Part shown: piece after piece, positions 39,252 through 52,383 of the stretch
Layout of the letters: each line of letters begins with the position of its first letter
Position numbering within the stretch: the first letter of the stretch is position 1
Origin: Marsupella aquatica
Taxonomy: Eukaryota > Plantae > Marchantiophyta
Assembly: GCA_973895155.1 (NCBI GenBank)
Contig: OZ316897.1
Coordinates: 22,977,455-23,041,454, forward strand
DNA: 64,000 nucleotides
Direction of reading: 5' to 3'
Notes under the pieces: generated by a model
The model's input: the letters and a program-made list of their open reading frames with translations, nothing else
Told to the model about the DNA's origin: nothing
Database searches by the model: none
Made by a program: the position numbers and the translations under genes

Positions 39252-41551
39252 ATGATGGCAAGTCATGCGTGCTTTGCTGCTCTACAGCCGAGGCCGTTCT
39301 GCGCTTTGACTTCACTGTCGACAATTCCTTCGTGTGGTGCGCGCACGTTGAAGAGCTCATCACTGTCATTGAGTCCAGGGCATGGTCTAAAGCGACATCA
39401 TTTCTCATCGGGAGCCAGGAGGTCGTCATGGAGACCTGTGTTCTCTAGAAGCGAGATCAAACCCACTTCATCGCCTACGCAAGAACCTGTGAAGCCGGTG
39501 TCTGTGGTAGATAAGGACGGAAAGGTTGGGGGCGTCATTCAAGTGGAGCAGGAGGACAAACTGCCTCAACCAACTTGGGGGTGAGTGTCTTTATTCGCCA
39601 TATCCGAAGCTTTTGGGATTAGTCATTGCATTAGAAAATGATATGAAATTCTACATCTGTGACATCGTGAGGACCTGTCATAAAATCAAGCTTGAGGGTT
39701 GACTGTTGACGGCGCAGCACTCTAGTGTGTTCGATTAAACTGCAGTTGTACAAGGTGCCTGGAATGAGCTAAGCTGTAGGGTTTATTGACTGTATAGTGA
39801 CATTCTGCTGAATCTGATTCAACCAACCGTCACAACCAGCGAATTGAATGATACGTGTAATAGCTGAACTCCTAAGACACATATATAAACTATATTCGAT
39901 CTACTAATACACTGTTAATATTGGACTCCTTGATGGAGCTGGCTTTGAACAAAATTCTTGAAGCTTTCGTTTTCTACTGTTGTGAATGTGAATGCTAAAC
40001 TCCCGGCTACAGCGGAATTTTTACACAATTCTCATTAAATAGCAGCTTATCATGTATGACTCTCACCCATATGTGACCTTGTGCCTTATCATGTATCCCT
40101 CTCAGCCATAGCTTAAGTGTAAGCTTGTTTATATAAGTTTTTTCGCCTAATCGCATGTGTTCATCAACATTTTTGAGCACTTGCTTCGAGTACCAGCGTT
40201 GCTCACATATTCTTGGGCAATTGGTTGTCCGCACCAAATGTCTAAGACTGACTCCTTGCATGCTAACGCTTTTAGAGAGTACCTTTCTCATGAATTTTCT
40301 ATCAGTTTTGACCCGAGAGCAAATTTCTCAGGAGGATTTACACTTTAGCTGCTGGAGATGTGGCGTTTTTACTGCTCTTTGCGGCAATTGGTCGGTTGAG
40401 TCATGGGTTTTCAGTTCTAGATTGGGACACTGTCCGGACTGCAGATCCCTTCCTTGCAGGTTCTTCTTTTCCTGCCATCTCACATGCCTTCCTAGTAGTT
40501 AGCGCCGCGCTCCTTTCCTGCTTGAACTCGTCTTTTAATTGCTGCTCTGACTTTCAATTCGGAATTTCCTGAATCGTCAAAAATTCTCGGGTCGTGAACT
40601 TTTTCGAGTATCCATTGGCTACTTTAGCAAAAACACTTGGATTTCAAACAGTATCTCTCTTCTGGACTGAATTTCAATTAATGCACCTCTCACCTGGAAT
40701 TGCCTTTGACAAGTTTGTGGATCTGGCGGCAGGCTGGTTCGTAGGTTCCTATTTCTTAGGTGGCTATGGACCTGAGGGACAGGGTCTCAAGGGACTGAAA
40801 ACTGCTTCAGCATCAGCAGTTAAATCTTGGGCTGTTGCGTTACCAGTGAGTCTACATGAACCTACAACAGCCGTAGTTTCCACTCAATCGTGGTGTTTGA
40901 TCCCCATTCAATATCTAGCTGTTTTCTTCAAGGCTGGTGTTAAACAAACTGACTGTCGTAATATTCTTGACTTGTACAATTTCGGGTCGATGCTAAAACC
41001 AGATAGCTTTGGCGATTCGAGGATTTACGATCGGGCACGTTCCACCCACACCTTTCATCGTGGTCTCGTTAGCAAGCACATTCGTTTTGCAAGTGGGTTG
41101 GCGGACGGCCTTCACTGCAGTTTTCCCCAACGATGAGAAGGCTTTCCAGAAGAAAAAGGATAATCGAAAGGGTACTGCTTTCGAATTTTTTGAGGTTCGT
41201 TATTTGAACTCGTTACAATCGTTTTCAACAGCATTGTGGCTCAGACTTGTGATATGGGGATCAGATTTTCATTCCATAATGTGTCTGTTCACATTGACTT
41301 GTAATATGGGGATCAGATTTTCATTCCATAATTTGTCTGTTCACATTGACTTGTGATATGGGGATCAGATTCTCATTCCATAATGTGTCTGTTCACATGG
41401 ACTTGTGATATGGGGATCAGATTTTCATTCTATAATGTGTCTGTTCACGCTCAAAATATGTATTTCCGTATAAAATGTCTTATTTTGGTATCTGACATTT
41501 AACATAATGTGGAATACCCAGCTGCTTACGTCACTTGTGAAGAGGTGGTGA
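39252..41551 (+). CDS. DUF3054-family membrane protein with a transit-peptide-like N-terminus, 5 exons
   Basis: AGDVAFLLLFAAIGRLSHG...TADPFLA|GWFVGSYFLGGY...KSWAVALP|...PPTPFIVVSL...GWR...RKGTAFEFFE|LLTSLVKRW*. Confidence 0.85.
41244..41448. repeat. Intronic tandem repeat, ~4 x 52 bp
   Basis: gacttgtgatatggggatcagattttcattccataatgtgtctgttcacatt at 41244, 41296, 41348 and 41400. Confidence 0.93.
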
Positions 41552-42362
41552 AGTCGAGGGAGTATTTCTCCAACTGGGTGTTTAAAGTCCAAACAAGGAT
41601 TTTATTCGTCTTTGTACTACATAGGTTCAGAACATAGTCAAGAGAACAAAGAACGCATCCAATGATGTGGGTCCCGACTTTACGTTTATGTAATAAATCC
41701 TCTCCTCATACACCTTACTGTTCAGGTGTGCCCAAGCTGTCCGCAAGCATGATGCAAAATTTATGAAAGACGGTTCTTGGTACTCTTATACTGGAGTAGG
41801 CAAAATTCTGATATAAGTCAAATCCTATCTCAAAGGAATTTTTAAAGGTTCATCTGTTGAGGTCTCTTGAACCCACACACTTCTGGTTCTTCAATGCTCC
41901 GGGCTAAGACATCGTCTTCGAAGATGATCTCGACCAGACGTGATAAGGGAGATAGGTAGAACACGTATTGTCGAGTAAAAAACGTCCGTGCCGCTTCCTG
42001 GAATTGTGACGACAATGACTCTAAAGTTCAAAGACTAGGAATCTGTAGGGGCAAGTCTGTTTTGAGGGAATCAACATGGTCTAAAATGTTGCCTTGACTA
42101 AAATTACATCGCCGCAGTGGTCAAGCATCAATAAGTAGTACACTTAAGCCTGCGAAGATAGGAGTTCAAAGGCATACACAAGGATAAGTATCAGACGGTT
42201 CAGGAATCAATTAGGCTCTGGCATGTCGGTCAGCTAGGGTGATGCAAGAACTGTGATCAAACAATTATCAGATCCACAAAACAGCGACCGTTTATGGCAA
42301 TATGTACAATTTTTCGGCTGAGCTATCAAATGATCTCTGGGATGTTTCATACCATTGCAAGT

Positions 42363-45300
42363 TCAGCTTTTACGAAATGCTTGAGTATCCGTATCCTTTA
42401 CTACAACTAGATTTTGTCTATCGGCATCCATGTCTCCGACTTTGATTGGCAAAATAAGCTGCTCCTCCTCAAGATCCTTGGAACCAGGCCGGAGGGAGAC
42501 TACTTTATCACCTCTTGCTAAACTCGACATATATGACTTGGAGTACAAAGCGCCAAAGACCACTATCTGCACATTGACAAGGCTTTCGTTCGTCAAAGAG
42601 CTAGCCCAATACCCTAAGAGGTATTCCATAATTCGTGATAGCTGACAAGCCATAACACAAAAGCACTGAAGTAACACAGAGTGCGATAAAAAACTTGACC
42701 AGATGAATTCCAGAAGGTCAAACTTAGAAGTAGAAGAAGTCAATGATGTTAGAGACACCATCCACGATCTACTGGACCGAAATATGGAAATTGAGAACTC
42801 ACCGCTGCCCCCCATTGTTGTGCTGTCAGAGGATGAGCAAAAAGTATACAAGATAAGATTATGCTCAGCAGCTGTCGTTCAGATAACCACAGCAACAGGC
42901 AATCAGCAAAGATAAACAAGCTAACGGTAGTTTTCTGTCAGATGCTCCTTTTACACATATCAAGACGTCAAACCTACACACAGGTCAGAGAGGTGGTGTC
43001 TATGCCACTACCTGCCCAAAACACTGAAGCTCTAAAATAAAAACAGAAATTCCACAAATAATCTGGAAACCTGTCTGGTGGTCATCAAGGTGGCGAAAAA
43101 CAGAGCTCCAAACGTCCGAATCGTATATGATATAAAAAATTGGCTTGTTGTTGCAGCCTACAAGCCAAGATAGACAGTTCTTACAGTGTCCCCCTTGCGA
43201 TGAAATTGGACAGGCAACTTCATGACAAGATTAATAAACAGAAGCCTCTACATATACTTGTTCGTTACTAATAGAACTTCAGCAAGCGGAATGATAGGAT
43301 GAGTTCTATAAACCTATTGACTAGGGTCTCGTACGTTACACAAGGAAAAGACCACGAAAGCAGCAATCTGCGCTGCCGATTAAACTCACACAGGACAGAA
43401 GAAGTATGTCATAGAGACATTTGGGATGTCGAATTACAAAATCAATGGCCAGCCACCACTGCCCTTGACTTACCAGCCCTGCATACATATATCAACACAT
43501 GAGATTAGAGAGATACTGCAAACAATAGTTCCCTGTAAATGCTCCAAAGCAAACAGGGCCCTTCCACTCCCGTAGTAGCACTTGAAAATCTGGTATGGCA
43601 CCACAATTTAGAGATCGAAGTTGGATCGTTCATTCACTCCAAATAATCATACTTTGTGTGAGGAAATCAAAAGAGTGCAGCCCCAGGAAAACATAAGCGC
43701 CTATCTAGATGTCATCCCAAGGGAAGGCGGACCTCACCAATAATACTGAGGACACCAGAGCATAGGGTTGTATAGAGGATCTGGTTAAAAATATCCATGT
43801 TATAACCCTTGAACAGTTTGTCCTGGAATGTACTTGTGAAGCCATCAAATCTGCAAAAAATTCCATGTCTGTGAGATACGAAACTGTGACATCTAAAATA
43901 CAGACCTCGAAACTACCATCAATATGATGTAAGGAAGGGTTACAAAGGCCTGCAGGAGATGAAAGCAGAAAATCGACCTGGATTTACCATTCTTATCAGA
44001 CGATTCATTTATTTCAATACGGCCGACTAAAGAAGTCATTTTCAAGGGACCAAAATGAGCTTTATAATTAGTGAGATGTTGCAGTACATAATGAATCTAG
44101 AAATCTGACCTCGTCCCCAAACTCCAATTCTACGCCTGGAGGCATGTGAGTCACTGTGGAGGACGGGTTCTAGTCCCTATACCTGAACTGGTCTTTCGTG
44201 TGATCTTAGTGCTTAGTTGAGACCAGAAGGGAAAAAGCAAAGAAATTTACCCTAAGTAGCCTGACATAAGGGCAATACCCCAAAAAGTACTTTCGGTCTC
44301 TCTGCGCAAAGGTGCCGATGCCTGTCCAGACACGATGCGAAAGCACAGGTGAATTTTCAGGCCATTTGGAATTTCACAAGCAGGATGCAGTCACGCAGAG
44401 TATTATAGAGGAAGATAATTGAGGGCTAGAAACCAAACCAATAGTCAATATCAACAACAAAGACCTTGAAGCTATCCTGACTTAACAAAATATCCTCGAT
44501 CAGGTCAATTTCAGAGAAAACACACAACGCAAATAACTAATTAGCAACATGGGACTCATCAAATAGATGCTGACCACGCTTTACTCAAACATGAAGGCAT
44601 CTCAAGAATAGACAGAGACTCTAAATGATGGGAGTGGCATACAAGATCATACTGCAGTTAGGAAAAACACTGCACAGCCAACAGTAACCAAGCCAGATAC
44701 CAAGTAATCCTTCGTGCTGTATCTCTTCCGTGATATAAACGTACCCCATACCTGCAAGCAAGTCGTGTTGAATGAGGCAGAATTGAAACGAATCACATTC
44801 ACAAATATCATTTAGCAAATGCTGGAAGATGGACAGTGACCTTAACACAATGTCATGACTAAAAGGCCAGAGTATGCTCATGCTCTGTAGTTTTCTAAAT
44901 AAAACTTGTTAAGATCATGCTTCTGCAGAAAGAATCCTTCCAATTTGAGTTACATTATAAATGTTCAATACGATGAACGTCGAGAAAGAACAATAAACCC
45001 ATGGAATGAATTGATAGTCAATAGGCTCAGGGAGTCAATAAACCCACCATGACTGGTAGGGTTTTTGCACATTTCCCGAGTGTCTGTACTGGGAAACTCA
45101 CATGCTTCAACGCCTGCAAAACCATCACGCAGTGCTAAGTGCTCACCAAATGATAATTATTTCGACAGAAAAATAGTTGATCAATTATCAAGACGATTTC
45201 ATGCCTGCATTATGGAAAGCCACCAGTACCGTGCAAGTATTTAGAGAGCGGCTACTGCGACCATCACGTTGACGTCATCGAGTACTTTACTCTGGATCGG

Positions 45301-46296
45301 TTGATATGTGTGGACAAATCAGAATCGGGTCCAGAAAATCGAAGTTATACCTCGTATTGACAAGTAGTTGCGAGAACGTTGGAAAGAGAAACAGCTCCAT
45401 ATTTGTACACAGGAGCCACCGGAGCAATATCCTTCCTCGCTATCTAGTCTCAGAAAATGAGAGAAGTTCGGAAACTGTTAAAATGAGAGAATTTGTTCTT
45501 CAAAACAGAGTGACATGGACATTCCTCTTTTCGCAAGTATGCACAGTAGTAGAATGGGACTTCTCCAGGTGAGGGCAAATCGAACGAGGGGCCAAAATGG
45601 TGTTCGATAAGAACATACCAACATGTAGAGCGCAGCTATGACAGAGGTCAACACCCTGTTGAACAAAACAATAAGCAACGAGTATTTCATATACTCCTTT
45701 TTCTCACCGTAGGGCGATTTCATGATCCGCTCCTGCACACGAGAACGGCGAAAGTAGATGATAATGAGACTCTTTAAACTCAATCGGACTCTCTAATTGC
45801 AGTTATTCGGTCTTTGCTCGTTCAATTGAAACATGTCAACGGACGCCCTGGAAAGATTACGACAAGACAATAAGAGTCAACTCCCACTGCCTTTTCGGCT
45901 GGCGACACCTCACGTAAACATTCACAGGAGCGCCAGAGGTCTCGATAAACAAGTTGCCGAAACATTTCACAGCACCAATTCAGGTCATCGCAACGCTATT
46001 ATATTATCAAAATTGCAAGTATGAACCAACAGGTCAAACGTTTTATGGAAAAATGAGACGGTTTCACAAGGTGCCGGCGGAGAGTTGAGAGACAGGGCAG
46101 GTCAAGCACAGAAAGCGACCTGCAGAAGACCATAGAGGAGAAGTGTGGACATGACTCCCGCGACACAGAACACCAATTTGGTAACCTTCGATTGCCCAAC
46201 GGCATGGAAGCAAAACTGAGTGAATTCCACGATTTTCGTCCTCATCATCCTCGACTTGCGCCGCACAAGCGAATGCCGTCGTAGTAAATGCCTCAT
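42363..46296 (-). CDS. UAA-family nucleotide-sugar/PAPS transporter (UTr5 / SLC35B2-like), multi-exon
   Basis: Exons encode TLLLYGLLQ|ERIMKSPYG..LFNRVLTS, APVYKY..SNVLATTCQYE, ALKHVSFPVQTLGKCAK..PVM, FDGFTSTFQDKLF, IRTFGALFFATLMTTRQ, LLSIILSCILFAHPLT and IVVFGALY. Confidence 0.9.
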
Positions 46297-47232
46297 TCAT
46301 TCTTCATTCGTCGTTCGTTCTTCAATCGAACTGATGGACTCGGCCGATTCGCAGTACCTCCGTATAGAATCGCGGTTGTAAGAGAATGCCGGCAGAGCTG
46401 AGCTCTGTAAATCCTTGTGCTTCAAAATTCCCTTTGGCAGGCACTCGAGAACAAAGTCGAACAAAGTCGAACAGTTCTCAGATTACACCCGGGTATGACT
46501 ACCATGCAAGGAAACAGGAAAAAAAATGCTCGTAACAGGATTTTATTTGCTGTAAGAAGTTCTTTTGGCAAAATGGGCCCTTTTTCTCTCATATCAAGGT
46601 TCAGATGTAAACCCGCTAGTAATAACTTGCCTCGCTAGCCAAAAATGGCCGAGCAGTTTGTTTGGATTTATCAGAGAAGGTCCTGTAAGCTAAGCACAAT
46701 TCAGGCAAACATTACTAACGGTCTGGAGTTCTACTTTTCATTTCCAACTAGGGGATCGACATGGGCAATCATACACATGAGACCACCCCACTACAAACAT
46801 GATATTCCACCTTATGAGGGGAAAATAACCTCGCCATTCATAGTCTGATACAATCACACCTCATTCAATAATGTATATGATTCAGGCATCCTATTTCGTA
46901 TGCACAAGGAAAAACAACAAGAGTGTTTCTCTGAATAACCACCATTTGTTCAAATAATACACCATAAATGAACTCTTTTTAAAATGAAGGCTAGCAACCT
47001 CGCTAGCAAAAAACAACCAACATATGGTATTTTTACATATGCTTGAAAAGAACATTCCTTTATTAATGGAAATATCTATACTCACAACTTAGAAACAAAA
47101 TATTCTACTCCTTATGGTAATGATATCATGGTCAAAATATCTCACCCTCCGAGAAATCTAAATTAATTAAAACAAAATCCAACTTACTTCTCACTTAAAA
47201 ACAAAACTCTTTCCAAAGAGGACCTGTCCATC

Positions 47233-50200
47233 TCAAACCTCAATTGCCCGTTGAGTAAGATCGGAAATTTCAGCTATGGTTAAAATAGGCTGCTTAACAA
47301 TGTCATCACTATCCAAGTTCAAACGGGAACATTCTTAAAAATCCAAAGAATATGTTTGCAAGACATATAAGGTTTTCCATGCGAATGCCGCTTGAAGAAA
47401 TCTGGACAGGAACAACAAGGAAAAGAGCACAACTGAATCCAATATTTACTCGACTTACTTGGATTGTTTTCATGAGTAGCAATCAAAAACTGTGATCCCC
47501 ATCCGTTTCCTTGGACGACTTTCTCAGAAGCTACGACCCTCATTTGTTCGTCATTTGCAGCCTGAATCCTTTTCAAGAGTTCTCCTGTGAAGTTGAAACA
47601 TTGTCGAGTACCTTTTCCATTCCGTGTCTTCATTCGTCTATTTGGGTAGGTTACATCAACCTTCTCTGGAAAAGAGTTCACGTCAATGCGAAGTTCCACC
47701 CGGTTTGGAGGAGAAACAATGCCATCTGGTTGGCAGTCCATGTAGTAGAGACCCTCAATTTGAAAACCCATCTGAATCAAGAAGTTGATTTCAGGAGGTG
47801 TTAACCCTGTCCCTCGATGAACTTTCAGAGATTCAGGAACTAAAGGAAGTTGGGAAATCGACTTGCGACCCCTTGTTTTGTGACAGATATTGTTTGGACA
47901 GAAGTACAGAAGTTGAGTGTGCGGCGAAGTGATCCTCAAACCGTGGATGGCAACCCCAACAACACCGCATGATCTTTTGTGATACCCGACTTCCTTGATG
48001 AAGTTCCTACACTCGTCTCTTCCAGAAATGGTTCGATCCATAGACCCATTGCAGACTGGACCATTTCCGTGTCCACACCTCCGGAAGTGCCAAGTCCCAA
48101 ATGGTATGTCTACTTCATGTACAGCTGGTATTTGCCGAGGTGGAATATGAATCGGTTCCCCTGTACCAAGAGGAGATACAACTTCTTCATGCAACGGCCT
48201 TGGAATTTCTTGAGTGTCATCAATCGACATATCAGTGCCATTTTCTTCATTATCAGAAAGAAGGATCACAACGGATGGGTCCGAAACAACTTCTGGACCT
48301 CTAGACAACATTGAGTGATGGAGTATTCCGGAAGTTTCCAAAACATCTTGCTTATCGTCCACCACTTTCACACTTCCAAAATCCGAATATAGATTTCTAG
48401 GATGTACCCCCCTGGTCACTGCCTCGGTTTGCATTACCCTATCATGTCGATGAGAGTCTTCAGCACCAACTCTTGCGGAAGCAGGACCTTTTCGCTTTCC
48501 AGACTTTGTGCAAAGATCCCCGTGAAGTGGTTGGGTACGATGGAAATCGTACTTTGGAGACGACTCAAGCAAAAGATTTGATGCTTTCTCGAAAGCATCA
48601 AGAGATCCAAGAGTATCCGCATTCCGATATGCAAGTTCAAAAATGGTTGGTCCATGTCCCCTGTGACATCCCTCAATGTACGCAGCAAAGGCAGCAATCT
48701 GTCCACCAGCTCGATTTTGATCCAATTCACACGCTTCCAACAATCCAATCTTCCTCTTCATTTGACAGGCTCTCATTGACGCATGTACATATTCCGCTCC
48801 AGTACAATTTGGCATCAATGCTGACTCCTTTGTTGTTTGAGTCTGAAATCCAACACAAAAACAACATAAGATTGTGTATCATGATGAAAGGCCCCAAACA
48901 TAAACTCCCACTTAACCAGAATGCTAGCGACCTCGCTAGCCAACTCAAGTGGTTTACTTCACTTACCAGTCTGAAGTAGTTTCCCCATTGTCGCCAACGA
49001 ACAACCCACCAGGCAATCCAGCCTTGCAAAGCCCTCAATTTACCATGATGACAATTCCCAGATTTCCACCACTCTTGAATCTCGTCTGCCACTCTGTATG
49101 CCTCAACATATGTTGGAGCGTTCCGAAATTTCTCCCACATCTTGTAATGCTCTGAATGTTTCCCGTCACGAATTCCCTCCAATGTATGCCGTCTCAGAGA
49201 CTGAGACAAATGGAATGCATCACTATGTTCTCTTTCTGGGAACCGGACACCATCAAAGAAAACATTTCTCACAACAATCCATCCAGCTTCAGCATTGTCA
49301 GCCATAAAACCTGCTATCTCTACCTCACTAATACCATTCTCAGCAGCAACCTCCAACATTAAACGCCATGCAGTTTCCAAAGAGTCAGCATCCTCTGCTT
49401 TCAATTCACAAGTGAATATTGTACAAAGGGCACGGTAAGTGTGATCATAAACATGAGCACTGAAAGTGAGCCAACCTGTTGTTATCCTATGCATCACGTC
49501 AAAACTCACTTATGCCCCCTCTAAAGTTCCTCCTCTTTGCATGCGACGGAGAATGTCAACACCTGAACCTGGACCCTTGGTACTCATCTTGAACACATGA
49601 GCCCGGATGGACTTCCCAGCCTGTCCCGGGAACATGAACCTCTGAAGGAATGGAAATCTCACATGCATTTGCATCTCACGAAGTGAATCCAACTCACCTT
49701 TCTTGGGATTTCCTATCTTAACACTTCGAAAAATTGCATGGAACTTTGCCGGCGATGACACAACTTTCATTGAATTCCACAATTCAACCTCCTCTTCTTT
49801 TGAAAGATCTTGGCATGACTCGGGATGCAAAAGCGATATCAATGTACCTATCAAAATGTTCTTCACCCTGGAGGGTGTTGCTAGTGGATGAGCTATCTGA
49901 ACGCCTTGAATAACTTCTTCTGCTTTCTTCTTGGCAACTCGACACTTCCCTGTTCGAACTGGATGATCGTGAAATCCCATATGCACAGCAAGTCGAGACA
50001 TATGCTTTGATATATGTGAATCCAAGGCCGGTTTAGCGTACACATAAAACATCTTAGCAGGACAGGGCCTTACACAAAAAGGTCTTTCGTCACAAAACCC
50101 ACAAACCAAACCTCCTTCGGGAACAAGGGAACCCGGCTGGAAGACATCTGTAAGAAGAGACCTTCCTGGGAATGCAGCTTCATTCTTGGCCCCAGTCTCT

Positions 50201-51039
50201 TTGAATTTTGAACAATTCAAATTTTGACATTCAATAACACCTGTGCAGCGGACCTTGAAAACAGACCAGTGGTCGCGTGGCTTCAGATTAGCAGATGTGG
50301 TGACCAATCTTGTCCATGGGTATCCATCATTATCACGGTCCATGTCTAGAAGCCCTTGCCCTCGACCAAATCTAGATTCCACCGGAGGAAGCTCATAGAC
50401 CTTGTCTCCATTGTAACTTGTGGGAAGTCGGTCAACTTGGAAATCAACCCACGCAACATCTCTTCTGAATCTAGCAAGCTCACTGGCCCCAGTAATCTTC
50501 AAGAATGCTTCAAATGCACCAATTCTGTAGACCTTGGTCAATGTATCAGAACCCACAGCCTTAGGTTCAACCACGTCCTCCTTCAAGTTGTCCACCACAA
50601 TTGTTGACCCCATAACCGACACCTCATCATTAATTCCTATAGACTCTAGAGGGTCCAGGTCCACAAAAACCCGTTCATGAATCATCTTAGAATTCCGTCC
50701 AAGGAAAGGGATCCCTGGAACATCTGCAAATGACTTGGGATCTTCATCCTTTCCGGAAACAAGCTCAACAATATCTCCAGACTCGACCTCCCAAACTCTT
50801 CCTCCATCAAGACTTCTTGGAATGAATTCATCCTTTCGAGCACCATGAACAGAAACAAGAAAAAATAGCTTTGAGATGTAGTCACCATTCGTGATACCAA
50901 ATCTCGTCAAGAGGAATGACTCAGTCACCGGGGTGATCTTCCTCATGGAAGACACCTCCAAGTTAACAACATCACCATTGCTCCTTCGCCAGAATATGAC
51001 CACCAAAGCCATCGAATGGAGATGAAGAAACATTACCAA
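47233..51039 (-). pseudogene. MULE transposase: GCM/WRKY-like Zn domain + DDE + SWIM finger
   Basis: CTGVIECQNLNC...CGFC..C...C.A...HMGFHDHPV; SFD...GFMADNA...DAFH...WW..RW..WG; intron 48966-48843; NCTGAEYVH; SWIM CSCPDF...CKHILW. Stop at 49510-49512 and frameshift near 47325. Confidence 0.85.
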
Positions 51040-52198
51040 AGGTAGTGGTATAGAAGATATGTAAGAAAGCCCAAAACTACATCTAACGGGATTAAATGTG
51101 AATGTTGAGGGAATGTTGAATAAACGACAAAATGTCCAACGGATACATTAAATCAAGGAGATAGAATATAGCTAGCGATGTCGCTAGCTAAAACCTCTCA
51201 ATTTTTATTAACCAGTAGACATGTCATATTCTATATAGAGAGATAATTTAGAGACTATTTAGAGACCATTTAGGGACATGAAGGGTACAATTTAAGGGAA
51301 TATTCTGTCAAGCCCTTCATTTTGGGGAAAAGACAAAGGAAATATAGAAGATTAGTTTTAAAGACTACTTTTTGTCAAACTTCACAAACCAAAACCTTCA
51401 ACTCAGAAAGAATGTATTGCCAGCGATCTCGCCTGCAAAAATCGAGACGGTCCTAGAGGATCCATTGAGTCAATGACTAATACATAAAGTTGTCAAATAA
51501 ACCCTAGTCATCAGGTCAGCGATGTCGCTAGCAAAATCACCAATATTCATCTTATCTCTTTGATGTAGTAAAGGTCAGTATCCCTAATATTTTGGTGTCT
51601 TATTCAATACCCTAGTTAAGCTAGCGATCTCGCTACCCATAATGGATGACCAGGAAACAACGAGTTAACAGATATTTTTCCATCTCACATCTTCAATGTT
51701 TATACTTTCTTTAGACAAATGTTGGTTTGGGGAAAGGCATTTAGAGTCCCTCAAAATTAAACAAGAATAAGAAACTCTCAAGATACCCTAAAACATTCTT
51801 GTGTGTTAATATATTACCGTTGAAAATCTGATGTCCATTTGGATAGCGATCTCGCTGGCTAAAATCTCAAACTTTAATGACCAGGAAATATATGGGTATG
51901 GTTTAGTCTTAAGTCTTTCCCAACGGAAACCCAACGGTAAAATAGAAGGTTGGTCAACGTTAAAATTGATAGTTTCCCGTTAACAACCTCTAAAGGGAAC
52001 GTTGCATGGGGTTAATGTTGAATATTATGGTTATTCTAGTTGCTCAGCGTATTCATGACGTTCCAACTTAAACCGATGATGTTCAAAAGAGACTTGCATT
52101 TTTTATTGCCATCTGTGACGGACGTTGTATTATTCCCTGTCAATGTCAGATATCCAGTTCACTGTATGTGGATTACTTAGGATTCTCCCTCTAATCCA

Positions 52199-52311
52199 AC
52201 TTTGGATTCCCAGCTCGGTCCTTCGCTAATCTCGATTGTCCTCCTCTGTTTTACTTTGGATACTCTCTCGAATGAGACTTTGGATACTCCTTCTAATCTG
52301 ACTTTGGATAC
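52199..52311 (+). repeat. actttggat(ac) x4 just upstream of the ParB-MTase start codon
   Basis: Starts at 52199, 52253, 52277 and 52301 (24-bp spacing for the last three). Confidence 0.75.
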
Positions 52312-52383
52312 CAATTAGAAGCCACCGTACCCGCTGCAACGCTTTGTTCGTGTGTTACTCCCTTCCATTTTCTTTATCAGCCG

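Noticed and set aside
50470-50487. tctagcaagctcactggc, resembling the 18-bp palindrome, inside transposase coding sequence
   Set aside because: Four mismatches and under codon constraint; not counted as a copy.
11757-52311. Shared TTGGATAC core between the Helitron repeats (11757) and the MULE upstream repeats (52253)
   Set aside because: Only 8 bp, in unrelated elements; coincidence cannot be excluded.
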